Assembly: GCA_051294905.1 (NCBI GenBank)
Contig: CM119379.1
Coordinates: 23,312,001 to 23,376,000, forward strand
Direction of reading: 5' to 3'
Origin: Botryllus schlosseri
Taxonomy: Eukaryota
Length of the DNA stretch: 64,000 bases
In this document: positions 35,984 to 49,990 of the stretch, in pieces
Position numbering within the stretch: position 1 is the first letter of the stretch
Layout of the letters: the number at the start of each line of letters is the position of its first letter
The notes under the pieces: model-generated
Seen by the model: only the letters and a program-made list of their open reading frames with translations
Database searches by the model: none
What the model was told of the DNA's origin: nothing
Made by a program: the position numbers and the translations under genes

Positions 35984-38117
35984 CACTCTCTATATGTGGG
36001 ACATCTTCTTCATCACTCATCTAATTTCGTCGGTCCTGCCACGTAAGTCGGTTATTTCGGCTGTATTCAATGTCAGTGACGCCACATATAGCCTACCTTC
36101 ATTTCTGCCGTAGCAGACGGATAACCGAATATATAGGTTCCGTACGTCAACTAGCTTTGTCTTTCCAGCGCGAAAAACGTTTGTCCACGATCACCGATTA
36201 TGTTTGCTCTCAATCAATCATTCTACGTACAAACACTCATTATTCACCCCCACGAAAGATTGACCATCGAGAGATTTGCGATATGGGAAAATAATATTGC
36301 GCTGGGATGAAAAAAGCAAACTGCAATTGTCTTTTGGGAGTTCAGCCAGGTGCATGATTCAATCGGATTCAAAAACTTGATGCCACTGTCGGTGACATTC
36401 AACTACTGAGTGATGACATAAAGACGATTTCCGACGACATTTATCTGCACCGTGATTATTCACGCGTAATAATCAGTGTGTTACTATTCAGACTCATCTG
36501 TTTCTTAGTTTGAAACTTACATTTACGAATTGTGACTCCTTCGCCGACGTGGAGGTTCCTGTTTGGGTCAGTAAATTGCTGTCAGTTTTCACGTCAGCTT
36601 AGATCGATTGCATAACATAGGTTTCCATATTATGTTAGAATATGTAATGAGAGTAATCTGACCGGACATTGGTTTTGCCATTACATGGGCTAATAGTGAA
36701 CTGAATCGTCAAATTTTGTTGCGCGATTCGACAGGTTGCCAAACTTGGAATCGATATATCAATTTTCACTATCAAATCTGCACATTCGAACTATGTCAAT
36801 TGCGGTAAAAAACTCACAAATCTCACTTTCGTTAGTATGGTGAATAGGTTTGGTGCGTTCAATACCCTTTTGATGCGGCTACTCAAAATCGTATCCGAAG
36901 ACCCAAATACGCCGGCCTTTATAGTTGAGTCTCTTGTATTCCTCAAAACCCTCAGGCAGGGCCAAAGACCTCTCACGACAGACGGAGACATTCAAAATTA
37001 TATCGCCCTCGTGCGCAAGTGAGCGCCGCTGTTTCAGTGGTGTAGAAGTCTATTCGATTAGCCGATGATCGCCTTTCCGATGTCTTCGAATGAAGTTACT
37101 GCTAGAACGGATCCTCAATGACCCGTAATATTATCTGTATTATGTAAAAGCTTGAAACTAAAGCATGCCGCTGAAAAGGGGTATCATTTGACTGGACCAG
37201 GCCGTAAGTGATCAAAGGTTCCGGTCCGCGACTCAAATTTAGTTCCCCATCCCTGTTTTAGACGAATGTCCTGTAAAGACTCAATCATAACACAACTCAG
37301 AAATTTGGAAAGAAAAATCAACCAGGCCTATTTGCAAGTGTGCAAACCCTTTATGAAGGACAATTCGTCTGTCATGTCGAAGCGAGAGACGTTACATCGT
37401 CTTGCACGTCATCTTGCACGCATTACTGTATTTTTGAATGAATTTCCAACGGTCGAACAGAAGTCTCGCGGGATACCCGCAATAATCCGCAAGACCTTAC
37501 ATTCCCATAGATTTCAATTTCCTGCGCCGATCAATCTGTTGAACTAAACCTTATGTTTCCCGTCTAATCGATGAACTCGTAAGAACTTCAATTTAATTCT
37601 GTACATGCGGTGAGCGACAGAAAAGCAATATTCGTCGCTAATACGAGGAGTTATACCATAGTAAGAAACAGTCTGTAGACGCAGTAGTGGTAAATGTGCG
37701 TAATATATTTCAATAAAAACGTACGATATTAACAATGACTATCACAAAAATAGAAAGGTCTCAGAATACTGCAGCGTCACCTCGTGGTGTACACAGTTGG
37801 TAAAGTAGTCATCATTGGTACTCATGTAGAAGTAACGCCGTAAATTTATACTCAAGTAGAAGTAGAAAAGTACAAATAAGCAGAAAAGTACAAGTAGGCC
37901 TATACTTCATTACTGACCACCTTTTGAGTAGAAGTAGTAGGGATTTCAGAGTAAGTAAAAATGTAAGTATCAGCCGTAGTTTCGCCTAAAGAAACCGAAA
38001 ACTGTCAAGTAGAAATAGACTAAGATCATACCCATTTGAGTCAATAATGCAGGAAGAATTACCTCGTTTCTGACCAACACTGATAGTGTATCATAAAAGA
38101 CATCATTAAATTGAATA

Positions 38118-38428
38118 CTATAATGACTGCTTCTGCGGCAATACAGAAATGATTGGTTTATAATTGAGGCCCACCAAACCCTTCTCCGCCAACGACAGAA
38201 TAAGCGAGTCCATCGAAGAGAAATAGCTAGCTAAAAATACGAGGCTGCTAGCGATCAGAAGGTAAGTTCCGACCAAATTCTGTCTAGCAGTATAGCCGTT
38301 TGAAAGAATCATGACCGCGGCACCAAATATCAGTAACAAGACGGAGATCGAGAGGAATATTCGCCCAGTGTTCATCAAATGGCCGACTTGATTGCCTTTC
38401 GTGTAATGTTCATCATTTCGGAGAGTGT
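38118..38428 (-). CDS. Terminal exon of a predicted two-TM hairpin protein (cluster member 3)
   Basis: Acceptor TTTATTCAG before 38428, phase 1, open to a stop. Encodes IFLSISVLLLIFGAAVMILS and LVGTYLLIASSLVFLASYF. A candidate 19-nt first exon at 38647-38665 (MGFNFF, donor GTAATA) is uncertain. Confidence 0.5.
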
Positions 38429-41039
38429 CTGAATAAATATGCATGCATTTCATAAGCAGGGAGAATACATTCCATCAACTGATGTCAAATTATCTTATCG
38501 GAACGTTGGCCATAGGCGCCGAACCGTCATTTTGTTTGGGTATGCCGAGTATGTGACGTCACAATCGATGACATCATGGTTTCACTAGAACGCACTTTAT
38601 TACATGCCGCTGTAGTAACGTTTTGATACCAGCCTCTCAATATTACCAAAGAAATTGAATCCCATATCGGTGCGATGATTAAATTACTGGTTCGTCCGAC
38701 GACGAACGATTTGTTGGCATATAAAAGGTACTCGTTCAAATGTATCGAATAATATCAAAATTCGTGCCAGTGAGAATTTGGTGTTGCATTAATATTTCAG
38801 AATGTAATTCCAGCACAACGCGCCGCGCAAATAACGAATTAAACTGCGCACTGGCAAAAACTGCCCACTGGCAAGAACTGCGCACTGGCAAACACAGCGC
38901 GACAATCTTGAAATACGAGATTTGTCGAGCAAACAACAGTGATGATTTGATTACAAACGAGAAAGCGCGCAGCCAATCAGTGCATTACGGCCAACACGAT
39001 GGGTTTCTGATTCTGACTTGGTTCACGACCACGAGCAGCGCGCATCCCGGCTAGTGAAAACACTAATTCTGTTTGCATTGCTGCGTTTCCCGATTCACGT
39101 ATGCAAAGCATTATTGGTATACATACAATGCACAATAATACACTAACCAATTTCGGGCTCTGATTAAAAAACTGATCACAAAAAGGTTCACAAATTATAC
39201 TGAATGAGATATGCGCCTCGGCTCTCACAGACGCATATACAAATTAATTTAGAGACGGGACACGGTACGTTTGGTGGTCTAAATCGCTAAAAGAGATAGT
39301 GTTTCTCAAAGCGGGTACAGGGTACACGGCATATCTAGCATACCCGGTTGGGCGCTTATGTAGGCCCGCTTGGCTTATACATCTCAGCTAAATGCGTCTG
39401 TTATTGTTGACGTCAGCTTCAATAGTATGTTTAAGATGTGGATCCTAAACAAGTCAGGATACCATTGACCTTTGCCGATGAATCCAATACCAAAAATCGC
39501 ATGATCAAGTCCATCCCAATCCTAATCATGAAAACTTCGCGACTGTTAACACTAACAATGCCTCATTTATCACCGACCAAGGCCGACATTGCAATTAATT
39601 TGAAAACATGTTAGAAAGACATGTTGACTACATGCTGTCTATGACGATCCGAATTTACCAAATCTCTCACGGGGGGGAGGGGGGTAAGGCAGAAAGGGCT
39701 GGTACTCTGCGCATGGCTAGGTTGTGATTGGCCTCATCACTGGGAAAAACTTGAATGAATTAGAAACTGGAAAAGGTAAAAGATATGGCTCACCATTATC
39801 TGCCGAACTCTTCATTATTGATACTGTTTATGTAGTGCAATCATATCATGAAAGTTTCTCATAGAATACAATTATAATATAAGTTCTGTAAAAATTAGAG
39901 TCAAGGTAAATATTTTATCGAATAACAAGTCACGTCTTTACAGCAACCATCCAGAAATGCAATATCAGTCGAAATACGAAACTATCCCACAATGGCAATA
40001 TTTTCCATATTATGAAAATCTGTGTACAATAGAAATACACGAGAACTCGGAATGCAATACAAGGGATGGACGATTTAGGTTAATATAAATATATTCACTA
40101 ACTAAATGAATATATAGCTTCGTAAGTGATAGGAATCATTATATAATAAAGCGCAGTTCAAGTGTTGACAATCCACTATTCATATACCAATACTGTAGTA
40201 TCATGTTCAGTGAAATTACTGGTAACTGTGGAAAAATGAAATCATGAAGGCATTCAACTCTTGTAATGTGCAAAATTTGGAACTAATGTTTTAGAACAAC
40301 CTGCATACTGTTCGTGATAGGAACACTGGTCAGTGAATTGATCTGGTTTCATAATAAATTTTCAATTGAAGACTTACCAAATATCAAATCTAATTCGAGA
40401 TTTATACTGGTACACAATTGCATATGCAGAGAAATCAAGTCCTATTCTGTAAAATCGGAACTAATAATACGACAAATAGTTACAGCATATAAGAGGTAGC
40501 CGGGCGGGGGAATTAATAAAACACCTTATAAAAGTTCTACCATAATGCATCAGTACTTTTTATTACTACTAAAAGCATATGTACCATCTAACGTGCAATT
40601 CTTCATTTCAAATTGCAATTTAAAAATGTTTGTGCTAAGGAGTTGCCTACTGTCATGGATTCCAACACCAAATCATCAAAAGGTCTGAATTTGAGTTGTC
40701 AGCTACTTAGAAAATCAACGAGTAACTAATAATCCATGGATAACATAAGGCCGTACTAATAAGGGCTGACCGATAGAATACTATTTATTCAGCTTGTATT
40801 TAACCCTACCTGGGAATAATCAATGACAATGGCACATCTTCACTCATTTTGAATGAAGCCATCTAAATATGCGACGATGTTAAGATTGCCGTTATCATGG
40901 ATTAATCAAATGCAGAGCAAATTGACCAGTAAAGCAAATGCTAATCAGCCTATCCATCAACATTCAGTTTCATGGCAGCATGTTTCGAGGGATGACTAGT
41001 TATAGATTGATTTTGCGAGTAGCTAACAGCACCAATATC

Positions 41040-41465
41040 AGCATCACTTCATTATTATTTTCATCATTTCATAACACCACAAAACTGCGATACAATGAAA
41101 AGATAGGAAGGTGTCAAAACGACTTGGAGTAGTCTTTGAAATCAAACACCCACCTTGGCCTAGGCGAAGTAGAGAAGAGGCCTGGTCACTGAATGAAAAG
41201 TAAAGCAGAGAATATAAAAGGCAAGCGACAAAATGAGGCGGCATGTGGCAGAAGGCGAGATCGATATGTTAGGTCATGGTCCAGTAATCCTGTAGGCTGA
41301 TTAGTATTCATTTAGAAGAAATTGCTTGTATTTCGACTTGAATGCGAACATGCTCGACGACTGTCGGATAGCCGGCGAGATGTTGTTCCACAATTAGGGT
41401 CCGGCATACCTGATAGAGCAATGAGTTTTCTCGTATTCCGTCCTGGTCTTATGATATCATTTGTA
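41040..41465 (-). mobile_element. 5'-truncated L2/CR1-group LINE 3' end
   Basis: Minus strand reads TRTEYEKTHCSIRYAGP*LWNNISPAIRQSSSMFAFKSKYKQFLLNEY*, then the 3' UTR. Shorter tail copies lie at ~3410-3550, ~10476-10580, ~23445-23575 and ~35555-35660. Confidence 0.82.
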
Positions 41466-41820
41466 TCTGTTCAAGCACAGTCTATAAATCAATCATCCAC
41501 CTTGGTCCACTGGTATTGTTAGTATTACTGCCCGATGTGACAGTATTTCATTTCAGTCTTTCCGCTGCATTTATTTTCGCCCCTTCCTCCCTCTTTTGAT
41601 AGTCTTCATTGTATTTGTTTTTTTTGTTAGGCCTTTCTCCTGGCTGTTTTTTTGTAACACTCCCTTAAAAATAGTGATGTAGGCGAGGAGGAGTCCAGAA
41701 AAATCTCCAGCATAAAATGTGCCATACCCAGGCTTCAAACCTCAGTTTTGTTGTTAAGGAAAAGGCATCACTAGCGATACCCAGGTTGTTTTAGTTTCTC
41801 AAATTACTTGATTAATGAAA

Positions 41821-43154
41821 TCATGATATCTTCAGAGTCGCTTCAGCATAAGAAGGTGGTGGTGGTTCCGCGGATACTGAAGTTGGATACGCGAAACCGC
41901 CATATTGCATTGTCTGATTTCCTTGCATTGCCGAAGTATAAGATGGTGCATCGTCCGGGTACGCGTTGACCTCCAACCCTTCATTTGATACAGTGGGAAC
42001 ATTTGGTGGCGCTATGGTAGCAGCAACTTCCACAGTCCTGTTTGCAGGCCTGTTACGGTGAACGAGATACAAAGCAAAAGCTGCTGTGACCGACAACGTT
42101 CCGAAGGCGATAGGTGCTATACCAATAACGGTCGATACTTGAAATGTTAGTACTAGCCCAATGCCAACAAATATGATTCCTATGATCAACAGGACAGATA
42201 TGCAACTACCTGTCGATTGTCTGGAAGCACCTGTGAATTGAGAATATATTGTCAGGCAATGGTTATTACAGCAACTTCTGGATAGTACGGGAGTGCAGTG
42301 TAAATAGAAACTCTCGAGTTATTCGGTTTAGGGGTTGGCCCTAGCAGGCTTGTAACCAAGTGACAAGTCAATCTCGATTTTATAGTTGACTCGAGTCAAG
42401 TCAGCTAGTAGTAGAGGGTCGAGTCCGAGCCATCGTGTTTTGACTCGAATCAGAGTACAAGTCACTGTTCAGTTTTCAGTTCAATCCGGTTCAACCCAGT
42501 TTTTTCATCTCTGCTCGAGTGATATAGAATGGCTCGCATTCATAATATAATAATTTTCCTCCGTCTGAACAGTTCCAGGTCCCATTTTCCAAGTATCAAG
42601 ACTGACGGACAAGACACCAAAAATGTGGTAACTTTACTATTCTACGAAGTTGCAATGAAATGACTGTCTTGGCCGTCCTAGTCCCGAGTCATATGACTTG
42701 TTCGAGTCATGCACAATGAATCAAGTACAATTAGAATCAATACTAAAATTCACTCGTGTCGACTCATTTTACGTATTTGAAAAAATGACCCGAGTCATTA
42801 TAAATAACCCCGGAACGCTGGACCCTAGTCCAATTCACATAACGGTATGGAACTTTGTACAATTCATTTCAATGTGCAAGCATTGTTGAGGTCACTCGTT
42901 GATGAGAAGGATAAGAATTAGGTGGCATGTGACAGAAGGGAGGTTTGTTCATCAGATCGTGGATGAGCGTTGACTACACTGATAAATATATGAATGAATA
43001 TACCCATATTACCTATAGAAGTACCGACATGTGTTCCTGTCCTCCGATTTCGATGGAAATTCCGACGTCTCTGCCGATGGTGTCGCCGTGCATTGATGTG
43101 AGTTCGCCGCGCTCTACGGGCCCTTGCACGCCGAGCACCGCCTCTTCTTGGCAT
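41821..43154 (-). CDS. Arg-rich, two-TM, PPxY-tail membrane protein, 183 aa (tandem paralogue A, intact)
   Basis: Exon 1 43013-43154 (MPRRGGARRARARRARRTHINARRHHRQRRRNFHRNRRTGTHVGTSI, donor GTAATA) plus exon 2 41821-42230 (acceptor TTCACAG), in frame, 552 nt. TM segments ISVLLIIGIIFVGIGLVLTF and VIGIAPIAFGTLSVTAAFALYLV; tail APSY...PPPPSYAEAT. Confidence 0.82.
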
Positions 43155-43596
43155 ATTACCGACGTAACAGCTACCGAACGATCGACAGATCGGTGTAAAT
43201 TAACATATTAGTACTATATCTTAAAGCAAGTTATCGATTAGCACCCACTCCTATTTCCTTGATATTGGTCACAAACCATTCACACTCATACGCCAACGCA
43301 ATCACATTTGTTGTTGTTGTGAATATGGTTCCGTTTGGTTTCATTATTCAAAATCACAGATTCATAAAGAGCATCCGAATTTGTGTACGTGCTTACAGAG
43401 ATTACAATTTTAGTTTTGAACGAAATTTCAATGCTGCATTAAGATATCTGATATACATAAAGGCGGTTCAATGACAATGGGTTGTTAGACCCGTATACTG
43501 AATTACAGAAGTCTTGATTTGCCTTGTAGATTACCCTTATTCAGTTGCAGTAAAATCATATGTTGCCTTGCTGTACTGTTTACACATAGCCTACGC

Positions 43597-45099
43597 CAGT
43601 GGTTCTTAACCTTGCCCCCAGCGCCCCCCAGGGGGCGCTGGCGATGTTGAAGGGGGGCGGAAACGCTCAGGGGGCGATATGGGGGGCGCTGGGCTCAGGG
43701 GGGCGGTATGGGGGGCGCTGGAGAAAAAGGCTTCGCAGTAGATGATGTGGTGATAGGTCATATCCTTAATGAGTATTCAGAGCAAATTATCACCGAAAAC
43801 TTCGTTACATATAGCCTTCAAAATACATATATGGTTAATTGTCCATGGGCGCCTAAAAAACTGACACCGAATGTTCATGTCTTGGCAATCTGAACCCCAG
43901 AAGACGAATTCCATCTGGCAGGGAAAAATTATATGTCAGTGAAGAAATACCAATCTGAAATCGTGTGCGTCTTTTAGTTTAGTACGATTGGGCGACAGGG
44001 ATATTCCTGTTGGGCGATATCCCCATTGAGTGATTCTATATTTTTTGATATTGCAGACAGGGGGTCACGAAATAACATCATGCAACGAAGTCATACCAAC
44101 GGGTTCGCCCGCCCGAATATGTTTAATTATTAGTAACGGGCCCTACTGTTTCCAAGAAACCTCACAATGTTCGCTTCAAGTTTTGATGAGTCTGCGCACA
44201 CTCAACAACTCACTGCGCTGACCCCTGGACAACAGTGCGTATCGACTAAAAAAAGGTAATAACTTCGGATTTGTTGTGCGCAACGTAGATTTTCTGTGCG
44301 CAGAGACCGTGTCAGCACTGCGCACGTGCGCAGCTTAGAGGGAACATTGCACCTCCCTCAGCTCTACCGGTAAATGTGTTTACGTGAGCAGAGAGAGGAT
44401 AAAAATTAATCTCAATTTACATGCAATTTCCGATGATATTGACCAATTCAATCATTAATTAGTGAAATTTTTCGCGCGACTAGGCGACAATAGCTGCCTC
44501 AGTAAATGGACACCTAACAGGCTTTCTAACAGGATACCTAACAGGCTTTCAGCAAATAGAGGACAGCCTAATGGGGGTCTGGGAGTGAAGTCCCCCGGAA
44601 GCTCGGTTTATCACCCGATGGGCGCCCAGGACCAACGTTTTTTGTTTGGGGGGGGGGGCTGGCGAAGTGCTGTTACGGCCCTGGTGACGAATAATTGTGC
44701 CTGCGGGCACGCCCGAATATGTTTAATTATTAATTACGTGCCCTTTATCTTCCCATACAACAGCTCACTCAGTTTATCGCGACGTATATTTGTAATTGCC
44801 ACCTATTCATTCATGCATTATAGAAAATTTTGGTACCTAGGGTGACCAGGCCACACAAACTTTGCTGACCATCGAAATCACGATAGGGGGTTCGTGGGGG
44901 CGAAGCCCTCAGAAGTTCGGTTTATCACGCTATGGGTGCGCAAGGCAATCGTTTTTAGGGGGTTGACGAAGTGCTGTTACGGCCCTCCCTCTTACTCATT
45001 GTCTTTATTACATTCCTTACATTATGAAGTTTGGGGGGGCGCTGGAGCACGATAATTTTTGAAAGGGGGCGCTGGAGGAAAAAAGGTTAAGAACCACTG
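43597..45099. mobile_element. Buster-type hAT non-autonomous element containing fragments of other elements
   Basis: TIR CAGTGGTTCTTAACC; flanks GCCTACGC and GCCTACGT (7/8). Absent from the paralogous promoter copies at 49606-49990 and 55006-55544. Confidence 0.85.
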
Positions 45100-45148
45100 G
45101 CCTACGTCGTGTGACGTTGTTTCTTTAGCCTCTCCACCAACTTGCAAG

Positions 45149-45715
45149 ATGGAAGCTAGTGGTGTCGATAACCGACAAGATAGTGTAATGGTGGAGCGTC
45201 CAGCTTCATGAATGGTAAGTCGTGGGTTCAATCCCCGGCCGGGTCCGACCAAAGACCTGATTAGTAACACTGGTATCTACGGCTTCCCCACTTGACGCTC
45301 AGCATTACCAGGATAGCATGAAAGGGTGGTGCAAGACTTGAAAACCCTTACAAGGTTATATCTGCACCATCCTTGTCCAGTGGCATATGCCAATCATCAA
45401 CTTATGGCATGTATATGCACAGTTCGGGTGCGCACGTCATGAGGGTCGGTGTATATGCCACAAAACATTCAGAGCAAAATATACTACATCCTATGCTGCC
45501 AGTGGAAACGCAAAAGAGATAGAAGCCGTGTCAGAGCTGCTGCAGAATGATACTGATGTCACATTTAATATCCTTGGTTTGAAAGACCTCCTTTCTAGAA
45601 CCTGAGGGAGGGTTGAAATGTTCAAAAATTCAACAGGAATTCATTCCAATTGCCATTGAAGGAAAATATGTCATAGGTAATGCAGTAACTGGTTCTGGAA
45701 AAACTTGGGCCTTCC
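45149..45715 (+). pseudogene. Decayed duplicate of DDX47 exon 1, interrupted by a SINE
   Basis: ATGGAAGCTAGTGGTGTCGATA, then an insertion, then CCAGTGGAAACGCAAAAGAGATAGAAGCCGTGTCAGAGCTGCTGCAGAATGATACTGATGTCAC...GGTTCTGGAAAAAC. Aligns with 55545-55790 but carries indels and stops and has no downstream exons. Confidence 0.88.
45171..45498 (+). mobile_element. tRNA-derived SINE
   Basis: A-box TAGTGTAATGG, B-box GGTTCAATCCC and core CTGGTATC...GACGCTCAGCATT shared with 5963-6211; the 3' half differs from that copy. Confidence 0.78.
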
Positions 45716-46853
45716 AACACCATGATTAGTATAACTTACAACTAGAAAAGCTAGAAGATATGGCTCACCAATATCTGCCGAACTCTTGATTATTGATATT
45801 GCTTTTGGTAGTGCAATCATATCATTTAAGACTATCATACAAATATTACTTCTGTAAAAATAGGAGTCAAGGTAAATATTGAAAATAAATACCAAGTCAC
45901 ATCTTTACAGCCATCCAGAAATGCAATATCATTCGCAATACAAAACTATCCCACAATGACAATATTTCATAAACAATACAACAAATAAATCAGAAATCGG
46001 AATGCAATAGAAGGACTGGACAGTGGAAAAAATATATATTTGCCAAATACTCTGAATTTATAACTTTGCTAGAAACAGAAATCATAATCATATAAAGTGT
46101 CGATAAAATATATAATTTCATATAGCAAATACTGTAGCATTGCATTCAGTGAAATTACTGGCCAGGTAGGAAAAATGAAGGAATTGAACTTTTGGAAAGC
46201 GCTAAATTTAGAACTAATATATTAGAGCACATTGCATACTATTGTGTTTGGAGTAGCCTACTGGTCATTGAATTGTTCTGGTTTCAAATAAAAATTTTTA
46301 CTTGAAGAATTATCAACTACCGGTATCAATATGTAACTTCATATTCATGCTGGTACGTAATTGCACATACAGAGAAGCGATGCAAAATCGAAACAGTCCT
46401 TTTTCTCACAAAATAAAAATTACAGCAGACTACCATCCAACATGCAACTCACTAATATTAATTGTATAACATAAAGGCCACACAAAAAAGGGCTGGTAGA
46501 GAGGGTAATATTTATTCAGTTTTGCAATTAATCCTTCCCTGTAATAAATATAATCAATGACAAGGGCAAATCTTCACTCATCTAGTGGTCATCTGAAGTA
46601 AGTGAGCAATTGCGATTGTCAGGAATTAATTCGAGGCAGATGCAATTGTCCGGCCAAACAAATGCTAATCAGCCAATTGAGCTAATCTAGCAGACTTTAG
46701 TTTTATGGCCATATGTCAGATAGACTTCATACAGCTCAAAACCTGCTACAGCCAAGACTCAAACATCAGCTGTTGTTCAGGATAAGGCATCGCGAGCATT
46801 ACACAGTACAGTAATTGTGGTGTCTCGAATCTTCTTGACTAGTGAAATTAGAA

Positions 46854-49605
46854 TTACATCTTCCGAGTTGCTTCAGCGTAAGAAGGTGGCGGTTTCGAGG
46901 ATACTGAAGTTGAATATGCAAATCCACTGTATTGCATATCTTGATTTACTTGCATTGTCGAAGTATAAGATGGTACATCATCAGGGTGTGCATTGGCCTC
47001 CAACCCTTCATTTGATACAGTAGGGGCATACTGCGGCGCTATGGTGGCACCAACTTCCACAGTCCTGTTTGCAAGCCTTTTACGATGATCGCGATACACA
47101 GAAAGTGCCGCCACGACAAATATCGTTCCGAATACGATAGGTCCTATACCAAAAACGGGCGATACTTGAAATGCTATTATAAGTCCAAAACCAACAAGTA
47201 TGATTCCGTTGACGATGAAGAAACTTACGCAACTACGCGCTGATTGACCGGCGGTAATGGTGGCACCTGTTAATTGAAATCAAATTGTCAGGCAATGCCT
47301 GTTACTTTTATGGCTACAAGATATATCAACTAATGATGAAGTGAGAAGGTTGACCGATAACAAATCACTGAAATCAGTGTAAAAGAGACAAACCAAAAGT
47401 GATACTTCTTGACTGGGGGGTTGGGAGCGCTATTGACTCAAATTGTTAGAATAAATACTCGATTCTGATCGCAGTACTCCATCATTGTGCCCAGTCATAA
47501 TTACAGTGCACAACCATTATCAAGGTCGCTCGTTTCTGGTGGCAGTGGGAGTCGAGTAGTGATGAGATTAAAGCAATGCCACTTGACACAATCAATATGA
47601 ATAGTATATGTATATAAATATAACCCTGTTACCTGTGGACGTACTGGAAGTGCCAGGATGTGTCCCCACCGTCGATTGTCTCACACTTGCGGTACCTGTA
47701 AATCGAGAAAAATTGTCAGAGAATGGCTATTAGAAAGACGACCCAATATGTTCAACTAATGATGAAGTCAGAAGACATGCCCATTGACTGAATCACCGAC
47801 AAGACAAGACACCCAACAAGCGGCAATTCTTGAGCTTTTCAGTTCAAAACTTGCATCCCACATCTTTACTAAAATCGAAAAATAGTATCTTGGAAGTGAT
47901 CACCGCAAATTAGATGATGCCAAGCAGCTTGGTATACTCCGGTAGTTTCCAAAGTGAGTGCCAGTGTCACATCGGAGGGGTTCGCAAACTGGAAGTGGGC
48001 GCTAGCTACAATCTGGAATTGGGGGGAGGGTGCCGTGTAGACTGGGGGTGGGCAGATCTGCTTCATGCGCGAGCTGCATATCAAAAATCTCTGAGTTAGG
48101 AGAGCCACAACACAAAAATTCAAAAATACGAATTTATGACGTCACAATGAAAGGTAGGCTGTCGAATGAAGTATATTATTGTGTGGTGTGGATGAGAATT
48201 TAAGGATGATATCAGATGCGTATCCTATGTCAAACTCTGCAGTTATTGCTAGCCTCTACGATAAAATGGTAGAGCCGTATCAGCCATTGCTACCTCGGAA
48301 ATGATTTCGACCTGCGCTAGCATCATAAATTTTCAATTTCATTGTTGAACACAATGATTTATCATTGATACATGACCATGACCAGGCACCCATTGTTGCG
48401 GGTTAAACGTTTATGTGACCTCAATTCGAGAGTTCAATTGCAAATTTCTAAAACTGTAGTTCCACCTTCCCCTAAATTTTATTAGTCTTGCGTAAGCCAT
48501 AAGGAAATGAATAGGACGGAAACAATACCCAAATTGTTAATACGCGATGCAATGAATTTAAACCTCTCTATCAAAATGGCGAAACGTGTGTCCAATCATT
48601 AAAGAGCCGCGATAAACGGTTGAAAGAGCCACCGTTTTCCCACCACTAGTATAGACTACAGAAAACTGTTTGGAAATTGGTAACAATTGAGTGTACTAAC
48701 CAGCGATCTAATCAATCAATGAAAAGATCCATTAGCATGCATAAGCTTTTTGAACAAGAATCCTCAACATACATAGTCGAATTCCCGTAAAACGTTATCC
48801 TTAAAGCGTTATTCACTTATTGCATCACCACGAAGCAACTTCAGATGAGAAATAAACTTGCACGATTTTATTCAGATTGCGTCTGCCCTGGAATATCAAC
48901 AAAGTGGTGACCCCTATATAACCACGCTATCTCTTTCTATAGAACGATTGATGCGACACAAAATACTCATGAGTGGTTGCAACACCGAAAAATATTCCAA
49001 TCAAATTTATGAACCGTTAAGAGCCGAATGGAACTGTTTCGTAGATTGGCCTGTTACGTGCAAAGAAATACGCGTTGATAGTAAATTCTAGGGTTCTGTA
49101 CCATAATTTCTCTTTCCAAATTTGTAAATGTGCGACGACACGAAATACTCCTGAGAATCACGGGAAACACGGCTCGACTTCGACGAGACGCGCAATGGCG
49201 TCACAATCAGTACATGACACGTATCAGCCATTGTCTAGCGGCGCTACTATTGTTAGAAACAATGCCGGTTTCAGACTTTGCAGGCGAAATGACAGTCATG
49301 AAAGCACCTTTAATGTCCAACTAGTTATTAAGATAAGTTTGGCAAACAATATGGTATATACACTGATAACCGGAGACCGCTGTACTCATTCTGCAGGAGT
49401 GATCATACATACGCTATCTATTAAATTCGCTATTTTTCCAGCAAAGTCATTGCGAACGACACATATGCATACACCCAAGTTACCTTCGATTTCGTCGGTG
49501 ATTTGGAGACTGTCTCGGCCAATGGCTTCGCCCTGTATTGATGCGAATTCGTGCAAGTGTATGGGCCCTTGCATGTCCATGTCCACCAACAACTATTCTA
49601 CGCAT
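46854..49605 (-). CDS. Two-TM PPxY paralogue B (3 exons); the ancestral Arg-rich frame is out of phase, while an alternative-frame ATG gives an open 190-aa product
   Basis: Exon 1 49484-49605 (49484-49580 from the alternative ATG), mini-exon 47633-47695 (63 nt, phase 1-1), exon 3 46854-47266 (open, ending KPPPSYAEATRKM). The ATG at 49605 reaches the donor in phase 2; the ATG at 49580 reaches it in phase 1. Confidence 0.55.
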
Positions 49606-49990
49606 ATATCCAGCGCACGGGCTATCTAACTATCGACGTACTGGTGCAATTCAACATGTCGAACACTTCTCATTTCCTCGATATTGGTGACAGACCATTC
49701 ATAGGCACACACCTACACCTACGCCAACGCAGTCACCTCGATTTTTGTTTTGATTGTGAATATGGTTGCGCCTGGCTTCATTATTCATGATCTCATATGC
49801 GTAAAGGTGATCCAAGGACATTGGGTTGTTGGATCTGTATGCTGAAATAGAGAAGCCCAGATTTGGCTCACAGGTTATCCGGCCGCAGTAAAATGACACA
49901 CGTTGCGTTGCAGTGCTATTGTTTAAGCGTACCCCTGTATCGTACCGATTCTCTGGCACCTCATCACTCTCTTTACGCATACTTGAAAAG

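Noticed and set aside
36837-37547. Protein-looking ORFs 36837-37022 and 37266-37547, and a minus-strand frame LPEGFEEYKRLNYKGRRIWVFGYDFE
   Set aside because: No recognisable homology and no consistent exon chain.
39440-39640. Possible seventh decayed two-TM exon (IGMDL...FGIGFIG)
   Set aside because: Similarity is vague, needs a frameshift and lacks a clear acceptor.
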